A stretch of DNA of 64,000 bases from contig SVRV01000002.1 of the NCBI GenBank assembly GCA_015064635.1, positions 80,140-144,139 on the forward strand, written 5' to 3'. Under the pieces are notes generated by a model, which was given only the letters and a program-made list of their open reading frames with translations, did not search any database and was not told the DNA's origin. The translations under genes and the position numbers were made by a program. This DNA is from Oscillospiraceae bacterium (GTDB lineage Bacteria > Bacillota > Clostridia > Oscillospirales > SIG627). Of this stretch, positions 1-9,263 are shown one piece after another (positions within the stretch are counted from its first letter, which is position 1; each line of letters starts with the position of its first letter).

Positions 1-141
1 GGTAAGGAAAAATACATCCTTACCTATCTGTCTCATAAAACGTGCTATAGCATCTGTAAACACAACTTCGTAAGTATTACCTATATGAGGCTTTTGTGAT
101 GTATATGCAATAGCGGTAGTAATATAAAATTTTTCTTTCAC
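1..141 (-). CDS. metG: methionyl-tRNA synthetase, first 47 codons (gene runs off the left edge)
   Basis: Not in the ORF track because it is truncated. Minus-strand translation from GTG at 141 gives [47 protein letters not shown]. This has the class I aaRS HIGH-type signature (PHIGN) and a MetRS-like N-terminus. A GGGAG Shine-Dalgarno lies ~10 nt upstream. Confidence 0.75.
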   Translation of the reverse strand, partial: MKEKFYITTAIAYTSQKPHIGNTYEVVFTDAIARFMRQIGKDVFFLT

Positions 142-165
142 TTTGTTTTCACTCCCATTTGTAAT

Positions 166-1302
166 TTATTTATCATAAACAATTCTGCCGCGAGAAATAG
201 TTTTTTCTATTGTCATATCTGTGTCAAGTATAACAATATCTGCATCCTTGCCTTTTTCTATGGAACCAACCTTATCATAAATTCCGGCAGCCATGGCAGG
301 ATTTCTTGTTGCACAAATTACTGCGTCCTCCAAAGAAATCCCTGCAAATTTCATGAGGTTAGTCATACAGTTATACAGATTTGCTGTACTTCCTGCGAGA
401 TTTCCTTCTTTTATTCTTGCCACTCCGTCAACAACATATGTTTCAAGTTCTCCAAGCATATATACGCCGTCAGGCATACCTGCTGCTTGCATTGAATCTG
501 TAACAAGAACAAATCTGTCTCTTGATTTTGTTTTATAAGACATCGCAACAACATCGGGGTTTAAATGCTCGCCATCACAGATGAACTCTGCGTAAGCGTC
601 ACTGAGTAATGCCATTCCAACAACGCCCGGCTCTCTGTGATGAATAGGTGTCATTGCGTTATAAGTATGAGTAAAGCTTGTAGCACCCGCATCAAGAGCC
701 TTCTTTATAACCTCGCTATCGGTCTCTGAATGTCCTATCGAAACCTTTGCACCGAGTGAAACTGCCTCTTTGATAAAATCAATCGCACCGTCAAGCTCAG
801 GAGCGACAGTTATATAAAGTCGCTTGTCACCGGCTAATTCAATATATTCCTTTGTTTCTGAAATATCGGGGGCTTTTAAAAGGTCATGAGGATGTGCGCC
901 TGCTCTTTTAACATTCAGATACGGTCCCTCTACATGTACCCCTCTCAATGAAACTGTGCATTTTTCTTCATCAGCTTCAACAACTGAAAGTATAGCTTTT
1001 TTTGTGTCCACATGCTTTGCTGTCGTTGTAGTGGGAAACAAAGTTGTAACTCCGTGTGAAGAGTAGAACTTACACATTTCAACAAGCTTGTCAGAATCAC
1101 TGTCCATTGTATCTACACCAACTGCGCCGTGAGAATGTATGTCAACAAGTCCGGGTATTACATATTTACCATCCGCATCAACAGTAAAATCATCACAGTC
1201 AAAAACACCTATATCAATAATTTTCCCGTTTTCGATTTTTAAGTCATTTTTATAAAACTTTTTCATAACGGTATTATAAACAAGACCGTTTTTTACAATC
1301 AT
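166..1302 (-). CDS. nagA: N-acetylglucosamine-6-phosphate deacetylase
   Basis: Amidohydrolase motifs DIHSHG, VHVEGPY, GHSET and CDGEHL. I moved the start to the internal ATG at 1302 (MIVKNGLVYN), which has a GGAGG 8 nt upstream. The track start at 1350 would overlap the predicted promoter. Confidence 0.85.
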   Translation of the reverse strand: MIVKNGLVYNTVMKKFYKNDLKIENGKIIDIGVFDCDDFTVDADGKYVIPGLVDIHSHGAVGVDTMDSDSDKLVEMCKFYSSHGVTTLFPTTTTAKHVDTKKAILSVVEADEEKCTVSLRGVHVEGPYLNVKRAGAHPHDLLKAPDISETKEYIELAGDKRLYITVAPELDGAIDFIKEAVSLGAKVSIGHSETDSEVIKKALDAGATSFTHTYNAMTPIHHREPGVVGMALLSDAYAEFICDGEHLNPDVVAMSYKTKSRDRFVLVTDSMQAAGMPDGVYMLGELETYVVDGVARIKEGNLAGSTANLYNCMTNLMKFAGISLEDAVICATRNPAMAAGIYDKVGSIEKGKDADIVILDTDMTIEKTISRGRIVYDK

Positions 1303-1340
1303 AAACAGCACCTCCAAATATAAACAGTTATTTATATTAC

Positions 1341-1369
1341 ATTGTAGCATAATAATTTTAACAATTCAA
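1341..1369 (-). promoter_or_regulatory. sigma-A type promoter for nagA-metG
   Basis: On the minus strand: TTGAAT, 17 nt, TACAAT, with a TGc extended -10. Confidence 0.55.
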
Positions 1370-1511
1370 TAGTTTAAGAAAAAAATGGTACAAAGAAAAG
1401 AAATATTTTTATACGACAACGATAAATATAATTATTAATCGTGCTAAGTTAATAAGTTGTTTGTCAGAAAAAGCGTCTCCTCATACTATAGTGATAGAAG
1501 GAGGGATGATA

Positions 1512-1640
1512 ATGGCTTGCTACAACAACACATGCAACACATGTAACTCATGCGGTTCAAACAACGGCATTCTCGGCAACGACCTTTGGATTTGGATCGT
1601 AATAATCGCATTAGTAGTCATTCTCTTCGGAATAGGCTAA
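1512..1640 (+). CDS. 42-aa Cys/Asn-rich tiny membrane peptide (YjcZ-like / tiny_TM style)
   Basis: Too short for the ORF track. GAAGGAGGG lies 7 nt before the ATG. Product is MACYNNTCNTCNSCGSNNGILGNDLWIWIVIIALVVILFGIG: four Cys in the N-terminal half, then one hydrophobic helix. A strong hairpin follows. A CATACTATA element (mother-cell sigma -10 style) lies ~35 nt upstream. Confidence 0.45.
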   Translation: MACYNNTCNTCNSCGSNNGILGNDLWIWIVIIALVVILFGIG

Positions 1641-1680
1641 AAAGCAAAAAGAAAGGGCGGTTCACCGCCCTTTCATTCTT
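1641..1680. terminator. bidirectional intrinsic terminator
   Basis: AAAGGGCGG ttca CCGCCCTTT (1652-1673), flanked by an A-run on the left and a T-run on the right. It serves the plus-strand tiny ORF and the minus-strand HAD gene. Confidence 0.7.
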
Positions 1681-2326
1681 TTAAAAGATTGTATAGTTGC
1701 TTTGAATCTTCCGCTATAAAATCAGGATGTATACTCTCAAACGAAGCCTTTCCCCCAAATCCCCATGTAACTCCCACTGATTTTATATTTGCATTTACAG
1801 CAGTTTGTACATCAACTGCCGAATCACCGATAATCATTGTATCATCAGCGGCAAAACCAAATCTGCCGATAATATCCAAAAGTGCATCAGGAGACGGCTT
1901 GTGCGGAAAATCAGGTGAAAAACCGTTCACGGAAGTGAAAATGTCAGGAAGTAAAGTACCGGCTATTTCCTTAACCTGTCTGTCATTTTTATTTGAAAGT
2001 ATAAACAAAGTCTTGCCTTGTTTTTTTAACTCTGTCAGAACTTCCCACATTCCCGGATAAACATATGTATTCACCACAAGATGTTTATCGTAATAATCGT
2101 TATAGAATGCCAAGACCTTTTCCAAAAAAGCATCGTCACGTTTTTCTTCGGGAAGTGCATTAAAAATCAAATTCTTTGCACCTTTGCCAATCATTTTACA
2201 TACAGCCTCTTCGGTATGCTGCGGTAAATTGAAAAAGTCAAGTGCGACATTGACCGATGCAGCTATATCTGCAAGAGTATTAACCAAAGTACCGTCGAGA
2301 TCAAATACCAGTGCTTTATTATCCAT
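1673..2326 (-). CDS. HAD-superfamily phosphatase (phosphoglycolate-phosphatase-like)
   Basis: HAD motif I DLDGTLVNT near the N-terminus, then LSNK and GDSAVD motifs. Confidence 0.7.
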   Translation of the reverse strand: MDNKALVFDLDGTLVNTLADIAASVNVALDFFNLPQHTEEAVCKMIGKGAKNLIFNALPEEKRDDAFLEKVLAFYNDYYDKHLVVNTYVYPGMWEVLTELKKQGKTLFILSNKNDRQVKEIAGTLLPDIFTSVNGFSPDFPHKPSPDALLDIIGRFGFAADDTMIIGDSAVDVQTAVNANIKSVGVTWGFGGKASFESIHPDFIAEDSKQLYNLLKE

Positions 2327-2927
2327 TTGGTCCTCCGAGAGTTATATCATCAAGCGGTTTTACAAAAGAAGAAAGATAGTTTTCAACAAAAAATTTGGCT
2401 TCCGACAACTCAATCAAATCGAGCTGTTCTTTTATTGTCCTTTCGGCAGCAACAAACTCTTGATTCCCAGCGGAGAGCTCATCAAGGCATTTGATATATG
2501 CACATATCTTATCAGCAGCTTTCACTATTGCTTTTTCGTCATCATCAAGCAAAAAAAGTGTTCTGTATTCGTCCTGCATTTCTTCCGGCAAAAGGTCGAA
2601 TATTATATTTTCAGCCGTCTTTTCAATTTGCTTGTATGCACTTTTGATTTCGTTATTATAATATTTTACGGGAGTGGGTAGGTCTCCTGTTAAAATCTCA
2701 CTCATATCGTGATAAAGAGCAGCAGTTGCAATTTTATTACAATCGTAGTTTTTATTAAAATACTTATTTCCTATCAATGCCAACATATGTGACATAAGCC
2801 CTACCTCAAAGCAGTGCTCACTGAGAGTTTCGCAATAGACATTACGCATCAACCCCCACCTTTTTATATCTCTTTGCCTGAACAGCAAAGCTAAAAAATC
2901 ACCCGTTCTATTTCCCTTTTCTCCCAT
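2319..2927 (-). CDS. HD-domain 5'-deoxynucleotidase (YfbR-like)
   Basis: SEHCFEV...LYHDMSEILTGDLPTPVK HD signature. Start moved to the ATG at 2927, which has a GGAGG 5 nt upstream. It overlaps the HAD gene by 8 nt. Confidence 0.65.
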   Translation of the reverse strand: MGEKGNRTGDFLALLFRQRDIKRWGLMRNVYCETLSEHCFEVGLMSHMLALIGNKYFNKNYDCNKIATAALYHDMSEILTGDLPTPVKYYNNEIKSAYKQIEKTAENIIFDLLPEEMQDEYRTLFLLDDDEKAIVKAADKICAYIKCLDELSAGNQEFVAAERTIKEQLDLIELSEAKFFVENYLSSFVKPLDDITLGGPNG

Positions 2928-3057
2928 TGTAACCTCCAAAAGTATCTTTTCTTAAATTATATCACAAGAAAAATATATTTTCAATAGATATTGTTTTTTT
3001 AAAATTTATGTAGTATAGTAATAATGTAAAATAACACATAACATAACGGAGATTACA

Positions 3058-4788
3058 ATGTTTTTACCCATAAATAGAAAAGAAATGGAAGAACGAGGAT
3101 GGGATTCTCCTGATTTCGTTTTTGTAAGCGGAGATGCATACGTTGACCATTCAAGCTTTGCAGTAGCCATTATATCAAGATATCTTGAAAAACACGGCTT
3201 CAAAATTGCAATCCTCGCGCAACCTGATTGGAAAAATGCAGACAGCTTTAAAGAATTCGGTCAACCGAGACTGGGATTCCTTATTGCTTCAGGAAATATG
3301 GATTCAATGGTAGCGCATTATACCGTAGCAAAGAAGAAAAGGAACTATGACTATTACTCACCGGGAGGTAAAATAGGCAAACGTCCCGATAGAGCCACAA
3401 TTGTGTATTCAAATAAAATCAGAGAAGCATTCGGTGACATTCCGATAATAATAGGCGGAGTAGAGGCATCACTGAGAAGATTTGCACATTATGATTATTG
3501 GGACAACAAGGTCAGGAACAGTATTCTGATTGACTCCGGTGCCGACATACTCATATACGGTATGGGAGAAAAGGCAGCTCTTGAAATTGCAAAGCTTCTC
3601 GACAGAGGAGTTCCTGTAAAGAAAATTAAAAATATTCGCGGTACCTGCGTACTCTGTCAAAGAGACTACATTCCAAAAGGAAGCTATGACTTCATCGGCG
3701 AAATTGAAGAGCTAAAAACAAGCAAGGAGCTTTATGCACAAGCTTTTGCAACTCAATATATAAATTGTGACAGTATATCCGGAAAAACCTTGCTCGAGGG
3801 AAACGGAAACAGATTACTTGTACAAAATCCACCAATGCCCCCACTTGAAAGAAAAGAACTCGATTTGGTATACGAGCTTGATTATATGAGGGACTACCAT
3901 CCCATATATAAAAAAGAAGGCGGCGTTCCCGCCATACAAGAAGTAAAGTTCTCTATTACCCACAATCGCGGATGCTTCGGCGCCTGCTCTTTTTGTGCAA
4001 TTGCATTTCATCAAGGGCGTGCTGTTCGCTCTCGCTCAATTGAATCTTGCGTTAAGGAAGCCAAGCTTTTAACAGAGCTCCCCGATTTCAAGGGCTATAT
4101 TCATGATGTTGGCGGTCCAACTGCTAACTTCAGGCATCCGGCTTGCGACAAACAGCTGACAGACGGAGTATGTGCCAATAAACGATGCTTATCACCAACC
4201 CCTTGCAAAAATTTAAAAATTGACCATTCTGAATATATAGAATTGCTGAAACGAATTGAAAATGTTCCTAAAGTAAAGAAAGTATTCATTAGGTCCGGTA
4301 TACGTTTCGATTATGTCATGTATGATAAAGACGACGGATTTATGAAAAAGCTGGTAAAAGATCACGTAAGCGGTCAGCTGAGAGTCGCACCCGAACATAA
4401 TTCCAAAAACGTATTGGAAATAATGGGAAAACCTGATATAAGTATTTATAACGGATTTTGTAACAAGTTTTACAAGCTGTCAAGAGAAATTGGCAAAGAA
4501 CAGTATGTTCTACCATACCTTATGTCGAGCCATCCCGGTTCAACAATGGAAGATGCACATAATCTTTCCGACTACATCAAGGAACATAATTTACCGTCAG
4601 AACAAGTTCAAGACTTTTATCCTACCCCTTCTACAAAATCAACCTGCATTTATTACACAGGAATTGACCCTTTTACAAAGAAGAAGATTTACACTGCAAC
4701 CAATTATAAAGAAAAACAGGAGCAAAGAAAATTGCTTCAACCGTCAAAGCCACCCAAAAAGACCTTTGTTTCCAAAAAGAAGAAATAA
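3058..4788 (+). CDS. ygiQ: YgiQ-family radical SAM protein (UPF0313)
   Basis: Family-typical N-terminus MFLPINRKEMEERGWDSPDFVFVSGDAYVDHSSFAVAIISRYLE, CFGACSFC radical-SAM cluster motif, and a Lys-rich tail. Confidence 0.85.
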   Translation: MFLPINRKEMEERGWDSPDFVFVSGDAYVDHSSFAVAIISRYLEKHGFKIAILAQPDWKNADSFKEFGQPRLGFLIASGNMDSMVAHYTVAKKKRNYDYYSPGGKIGKRPDRATIVYSNKIREAFGDIPIIIGGVEASLRRFAHYDYWDNKVRNSILIDSGADILIYGMGEKAALEIAKLLDRGVPVKKIKNIRGTCVLCQRDYIPKGSYDFIGEIEELKTSKELYAQAFATQYINCDSISGKTLLEGNGNRLLVQNPPMPPLERKELDLVYELDYMRDYHPIYKKEGGVPAIQEVKFSITHNRGCFGACSFCAIAFHQGRAVRSRSIESCVKEAKLLTELPDFKGYIHDVGGPTANFRHPACDKQLTDGVCANKRCLSPTPCKNLKIDHSEYIELLKRIENVPKVKKVFIRSGIRFDYVMYDKDDGFMKKLVKDHVSGQLRVAPEHNSKNVLEIMGKPDISIYNGFCNKFYKLSREIGKEQYVLPYLMSSHPGSTMEDAHNLSDYIKEHNLPSEQVQDFYPTPSTKSTCIYYTGIDPFTKKKIYTATNYKEKQEQRKLLQPSKPPKKTFVSKKKK

Positions 4789-4792
4789 GAAA

Positions 4793-4835
4793 AAGCAGCA
4801 CACGAATTCTGAAGCAAGAAAACGTGTGCTGCTTG
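4793..4835. terminator. bidirectional terminator between convergent ygiQ and the LytM-like gene
   Basis: 11-bp stem AGCAGCACACG / CGTGTGCTGCT (4794-4804 and 4824-4834). Confidence 0.6.
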
Positions 4836-4838
4836 TAT

Positions 4839-6512
4839 TTATGCGTTTAAATTAATAAAGAACATTTCCGGTTCTGACTTATCTGCCGACTCCGCAGAAC
4901 GGGGTTCAACGATGAAATTGTAGGGATTAACAAAAACTCCGTCAACGCATACACCGAAGAAAAATTCTGCTGATGAAACGGCAAAAGCAGAAGGTGCCGC
5001 ATTGCCCAATAAATCTCCCGACTCTACCGCATCTCCCTGTTTGAACGCAGAAACATCATCAAGATGTCCGTATACGGTATTTATTCCCAAGCCGTGATTG
5101 ATTATTACCGTATTTCCGTAAAGGGATGTATTTCCCGCAAAAGCTATAATACCTTTTCCGGTCGCTCTTACGGGCAATGACACAGAAGTTGAAGACTTGA
5201 CGTAATGAATACCAAAGCTTATGTTTGCTATTTCTGTGCCGTCAACTATTTGCTTTACTCCGTAAGTAGGAGAAGAAATCCAATACTGTTCAATGCCGTC
5301 AATATACTTCTGAGTAGGTGTTGTCAATCCGTAAATCCATTCAGCACCGCCGTAAACAGTTTTAAATGCAGATGAAATCTCATTGACAAACAAATCTGAT
5401 GCGGCGTTGTAAGAGGTTGCAGGTTCACCGCCTACAAAGCTGACATTTACGGCTGAAAAATTCTTGTCGCTTACCGTAATAGGAATAGATAGTGCTGTTT
5501 TATCCGACTTAACACTTACGTGATACTCGCCTGCGGGAGTATCTGCAGGTATGGGCAAAGTAATCACCTTACCATTGAGATATGAGCGGGGCGTAATTCC
5601 TTCGATGCCGCTTATATCCGTAGAAACATCAAGCGTTTCGTCATTTACGTTTAAAACATTGATATATACAACTTCGCCCTGGAAAGCATTTTCCTTGCTT
5701 ATGGAATATTCTGCTCTAATATCAAAGTCAAAAAGAAAATCATATGTCACGTTTCCATTGTATAAGCTGTTGGTCTCTTCATACCACTGTGCGGTAACAC
5801 TGGCACGCAATTTTGCTTCACTCTCGAAAGGTACTTCGGCAACGCTGTCAAGCAAACCGTCATAAACCAATATATCACCGTCAAATATTTTGACATTATA
5901 CCAATCGGGTTCGATATCAAATTCAAATTCAAAACCATCGCCTGACACTATAAACATATCGGTATCACTTGGCTCATCGGGTCCCGCCAATACCTCTGCA
6001 TAACTGCCATCAAAAAGTATATAACGCCACTTACCTTGCGAAGCTGACAGTCTTACACTTTTTGTACCGGACGAAAACGTCATTAACGGAATGTCGCAAT
6101 ATTTATAAACATCAGTTACATTTTGAGCTGAAAGGAAACGGCTTGCGTATTCACTGTCGATTCTGTACCAATTTCCTTTTTCGTCGTACGCGATACAATT
6201 CTTAACGTCAGCACTCAAGCACAAATAATAAGTTTCATCGCCTTGTACTCTTTCAAACTTTATCGTATACAAGGAATAGACATTTTCGTCAAATACTTGG
6301 TCATCGATACTTGTTAAATTGTTTTTCAAATCAATATATAAGCCTTTATCATCCGAATTTGAATACACCTTTTCGCTACCGTCAGGCATAGTAAGGTGAA
6401 CAGAAGAAACGTTTGATGAAGTATACTTATTACCTGTAACCGTAAACATCCATACCGCAATTACCACTGCAGGTATAAGTAAAACTATAAGAAATAATGC
6501 CTTTTTATTCAT
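4839..6512 (-). CDS. membrane-anchored protein with a degenerate (non-catalytic) M23/LytM domain
   Basis: N-terminal TM helix (ALFLIVLLIPAVVIAVWMF). The C-terminal LytM fold signature is YGNTVIINHGLGINTVYGHLD. The HxxxD position reads SFGIHY, and no HxH motif exists after GDLLGN (no His at all). Confidence 0.7.
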   Translation of the reverse strand: MNKKALFLIVLLIPAVVIAVWMFTVTGNKYTSSNVSSVHLTMPDGSEKVYSNSDDKGLYIDLKNNLTSIDDQVFDENVYSLYTIKFERVQGDETYYLCLSADVKNCIAYDEKGNWYRIDSEYASRFLSAQNVTDVYKYCDIPLMTFSSGTKSVRLSASQGKWRYILFDGSYAEVLAGPDEPSDTDMFIVSGDGFEFEFDIEPDWYNVKIFDGDILVYDGLLDSVAEVPFESEAKLRASVTAQWYEETNSLYNGNVTYDFLFDFDIRAEYSISKENAFQGEVVYINVLNVNDETLDVSTDISGIEGITPRSYLNGKVITLPIPADTPAGEYHVSVKSDKTALSIPITVSDKNFSAVNVSFVGGEPATSYNAASDLFVNEISSAFKTVYGGAEWIYGLTTPTQKYIDGIEQYWISSPTYGVKQIVDGTEIANISFGIHYVKSSTSVSLPVRATGKGIIAFAGNTSLYGNTVIINHGLGINTVYGHLDDVSAFKQGDAVESGDLLGNAAPSAFAVSSAEFFFGVCVDGVFVNPYNFIVEPRSAESADKSEPEMFFINLNA

Positions 6513-7231
6513 TGTAAAATAACTCTCCCAATAACTCTTAAATCATCGCTTTCAAGAACTTCGATAGGCTTGTACTTGTCATTGAAAGAAACCAATTTAC
6601 AAACCCCATCAACAAACTCTAATTTCTTACATAAGCTCTCGCCGTTTAAAACAAAAATACCCACGTCACCGGATGCAACGGTTTCCTGCTTTTTAACCCA
6701 AACAACAGAAGCGTCTGCTATTATCGGTTCCATACTGTCACCGCTGATTTTTATGCCAAAGCTTGCTTCGTCCGGAGCTTCGTTTGTTTTTACTATCGAA
6801 TAATCATCAGCGAGAATCGGCAATGGAGCGCCTGCTGCCGCCGGAGAAAGATACACAGGAATTTTTCTTACCGTCTCACTTGATATTCTCGCAGGTGTAT
6901 TTTTAAGTCTGGAAACCTCATAACCGATTATTGCGTTTACAGAGTTTTTACCCCTTTCGTCAATCAGTCGATAGTTTTCAATCAAGTTAAGCTCGGATTC
7001 TGTCAATTCGGTTTTTGTTATCTTTTTTGCATAGTCATCAAAAACCAATTCCTCTACACCGACATCAAGATACTCTGCTATCTTATATATAGTCGCCAGT
7101 CTGGCGGCATCCGAATCTCTTTTAAGCATACTGTCAAGAGTTGTATAAGGAATTCCCGCTGCCTTTGCTAACTGTGCTTTTGTCTTTTTTTTATCTTTTA
7201 AAAGTTTAACAACTTTTTTATTAAAGCTCAT
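6509..7231 (-). CDS. XRE-family HTH fused to an S24 (LexA/CI-type) autopeptidase domain
   Basis: HTH region LAKAAGIPYTTLDSMLKR...IAEYLDVGVEELV. S24 Ser in SGDSMEP and Lys in ESLCKKLEF. Start placed at the ATG at 7231 (MSFNKK), because the GTG at 7258 lies upstream of the predicted transcription start. The gene overlaps the LytM-like gene by 4 nt. Confidence 0.75.
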   Translation of the reverse strand: MSFNKKVVKLLKDKKKTKAQLAKAAGIPYTTLDSMLKRDSDAARLATIYKIAEYLDVGVEELVFDDYAKKITKTELTESELNLIENYRLIDERGKNSVNAIIGYEVSRLKNTPARISSETVRKIPVYLSPAAAGAPLPILADDYSIVKTNEAPDEASFGIKISGDSMEPIIADASVVWVKKQETVASGDVGIFVLNGESLCKKLEFVDGVCKLVSFNDKYKPIEVLESDDLRVIGRVILQ

Positions 7232-7261
7232 AACTGCACCTTTCTCAAATTTTTTCACTAT

Positions 7262-7290
7262 ATAATAACATAAATCCTAAAAAAAGTAAA
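7262..7290 (-). promoter_or_regulatory. sigma-A type promoter for the XRE/S24 - LytM operon
   Basis: Minus strand: TTTACT, 17 nt, TATTAT. The small palindrome AACA-n-TGTT lies just upstream. Confidence 0.45.
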
Positions 7291-7335
7291 CAATGTTATG
7301 AAATTTCGTATTTTTTTGTGCAATACCACCCAAAT

Positions 7336-9204
7336 TTAATCTTCGGCATTGTCAGTTTCAAAATACTTTTTAATCTGTTCAGCATCTTTTATAGAAATTC
7401 CTTTAACACTTGCTATATCTTGAATTGTAGCATTTTTTATATTTTTGATGCTTTTAAAGGAATTCATTAATACCTTGGCTTTTTTAGGACCTATGCCCTG
7501 TATCTTTTCGAGCGAAAGGCGAGTAACGGTTTTTCTTCTTTTTTTATCCATCGAGCCAAAGGTAAAGCGGTGAACTTCTTCCTGAATACCGTAAATAAAA
7601 TTAAAAATCCTAACATTGTGAGCAATAGATATTTCGTTTGTTCCGTCGGTAAGAGTTCGTGTTTTGTGGTGTTCATCCTTAACCATGCCAAAAACAGGCA
7701 CGCATATAGAGTATTTATCCAAGACACTGCGAACTGCACCAACATGACCAATACCGCCATCAATCAAAAACAAATCGGGCAAAGTCCAGTTTTCAGAATT
7801 ACCGTTTTGGTTTATTTCATCCTTGTATCTTTCTACTCTGCGGGTAATAGCCTCTGTCATTGCACCATAATCGTCAAGCGACACACTTTGAATATTAAAA
7901 AGTCTGTAATCCCGCTTTGAGAATCTGCCGTTTTTTACACAAATCATGCCGGCGGTAGTAAATTTGTCGGATGAATTTGAAATATCATATGCCTCTATTC
8001 TTTCGGGGACGACTTCAAGTCCGAGAAGTGACGCAAGCTCAATCAGCTTTTCGTCCGCAACCTCATCAATTTTACGTTGATGCAAAGCATATTCTTTTGC
8101 ATTCGCATTTGCCATCACGACAGCTTTTCGCTGCTCACCCTTTTCGGGGTGTAAAACCTTAATCGTTTTAGACTGCTTCGACGACAAATACTTAGCCATG
8201 TCTTCTACTGTTTCTGAATACATTTCATAAGGAATAACTATTTCACGAGGTATATAGTCTCTTTTGATATAATACTCCACAATAAAATGCTCAAAAGCAT
8301 CGGTATTCATTATTTCATCACTTGTGAAAATAAAACGCTCACTGTCAATTATTCTGCCTTCTCTTACAACGGTGACCGATATACAAGACGAAACGTCGTC
8401 CGTATACACGCCAAAAATGTCACGCTCAACACGGTCTGCAAAAAGTATCTTTTGTCTCTGCCTCAAGTTCTTTATCGAATTAATCAAATCTCTGTATGTT
8501 ACAGCAGCCTCAAAATTTAGTTCTTCGGCAGCAAGCTGCATTTTTTTATCAAGATTTTCAATAACGTCTTCATAATCGGATTTCAAGAATGAAATCACGG
8601 ATTTTATGGTAGAAGAATACTCTGCTTTTGTTATATCCCCTTTACAAAGTCCGCAACATTTTCCTATATGATAATTCAAGCATGGGCGCTTTTTACCAAA
8701 ATCTTCAGGGAATTTTTGTTTACACGAGGGTAACAAAAAAAGTTTATTTGCAGTGTCAATTATGTTATACACGGCAGTTGACGAAGAATAGGGGCCAAAA
8801 TATAAATCCGATTTATTTCTTGAAGCTTGAAGAGAGCGTACCATAGAAAGTTTTGGATATTCTTCTGATGTCGAAAGCTTGATATACGGATAGCTCTTGT
8901 CATCTTTGAGGCGTATATTGAATTTGGGTGAGTACATCTTGATGAGCTCGTTTTCAAGAACAAACGCTTCGGTCTCTGTATCTGTAAATACGCACTCAAA
9001 ATCGCAGACCAGTTGCACCATCTTCAGTGTTTTCGGAGGATGGGAATCTACTGCTTGAAAATACTGTGAAACTCTGTTTTTTAATGCTTTTGATTTTCCG
9101 ACGTAAATAACCTTTTGGTTTTTATCAAGCATTTTATACACACCGGGAGTAGCAGGCAAAAGCCTCGCTTTTAAAAGCAGTGCATCTATTCGTTCGATGT
9201 TCAA
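7336..9204 (-). CDS. uvrC: excinuclease ABC subunit C
   Basis: N-terminal GIY-YIG (GVYKMLD...VIYVGKSKALKNRVSQY), UvrBC-interaction region, and C-terminal (HhH)2. The probable start is TTG at 9204 (LNIERIDALL), with a GGGGGG 6 nt upstream. Confidence 0.9.
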   Translation of the reverse strand: MNIERIDALLLKARLLPATPGVYKMLDKNQKVIYVGKSKALKNRVSQYFQAVDSHPPKTLKMVQLVCDFECVFTDTETEAFVLENELIKMYSPKFNIRLKDDKSYPYIKLSTSEEYPKLSMVRSLQASRNKSDLYFGPYSSSTAVYNIIDTANKLFLLPSCKQKFPEDFGKKRPCLNYHIGKCCGLCKGDITKAEYSSTIKSVISFLKSDYEDVIENLDKKMQLAAEELNFEAAVTYRDLINSIKNLRQRQKILFADRVERDIFGVYTDDVSSCISVTVVREGRIIDSERFIFTSDEIMNTDAFEHFIVEYYIKRDYIPREIVIPYEMYSETVEDMAKYLSSKQSKTIKVLHPEKGEQRKAVVMANANAKEYALHQRKIDEVADEKLIELASLLGLEVVPERIEAYDISNSSDKFTTAGMICVKNGRFSKRDYRLFNIQSVSLDDYGAMTEAITRRVERYKDEINQNGNSENWTLPDLFLIDGGIGHVGAVRSVLDKYSICVPVFGMVKDEHHKTRTLTDGTNEISIAHNVRIFNFIYGIQEEVHRFTFGSMDKKRRKTVTRLSLEKIQGIGPKKAKVLMNSFKSIKNIKNATIQDIASVKGISIKDAEQIKKYFETDNAED

Positions 9205-9217
9205 GAAAATCCCCCCT

Positions 9218-9253
9218 AAAAAAATGCAACTGTTCAAGTTAATGAACAGTTGC
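9218..9253 (-). terminator. intrinsic terminator after ptsH, 14 nt before the uvrC start codon
   Basis: 11-bp stem GCAACTGTTCA / TGAACAGTTGC (9226-9236 and 9243-9253), followed on the minus strand by ATTTTTTT. Confidence 0.6.
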
Positions 9254-9263
9254 TGTTTTGCAA

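Noticed and set aside
7262-9253. LexA (Cheo) boxes GAAC-N4-GTTC near the uvrC, XRE/S24 and uvrB promoters.
   Set aside because: Only GTTC-N8-GAAC was found, and it is part of the ptsH terminator stem. A 4-1-4 AACA/TGTT palindrome was also seen. Neither fits the Firmicute SOS box.
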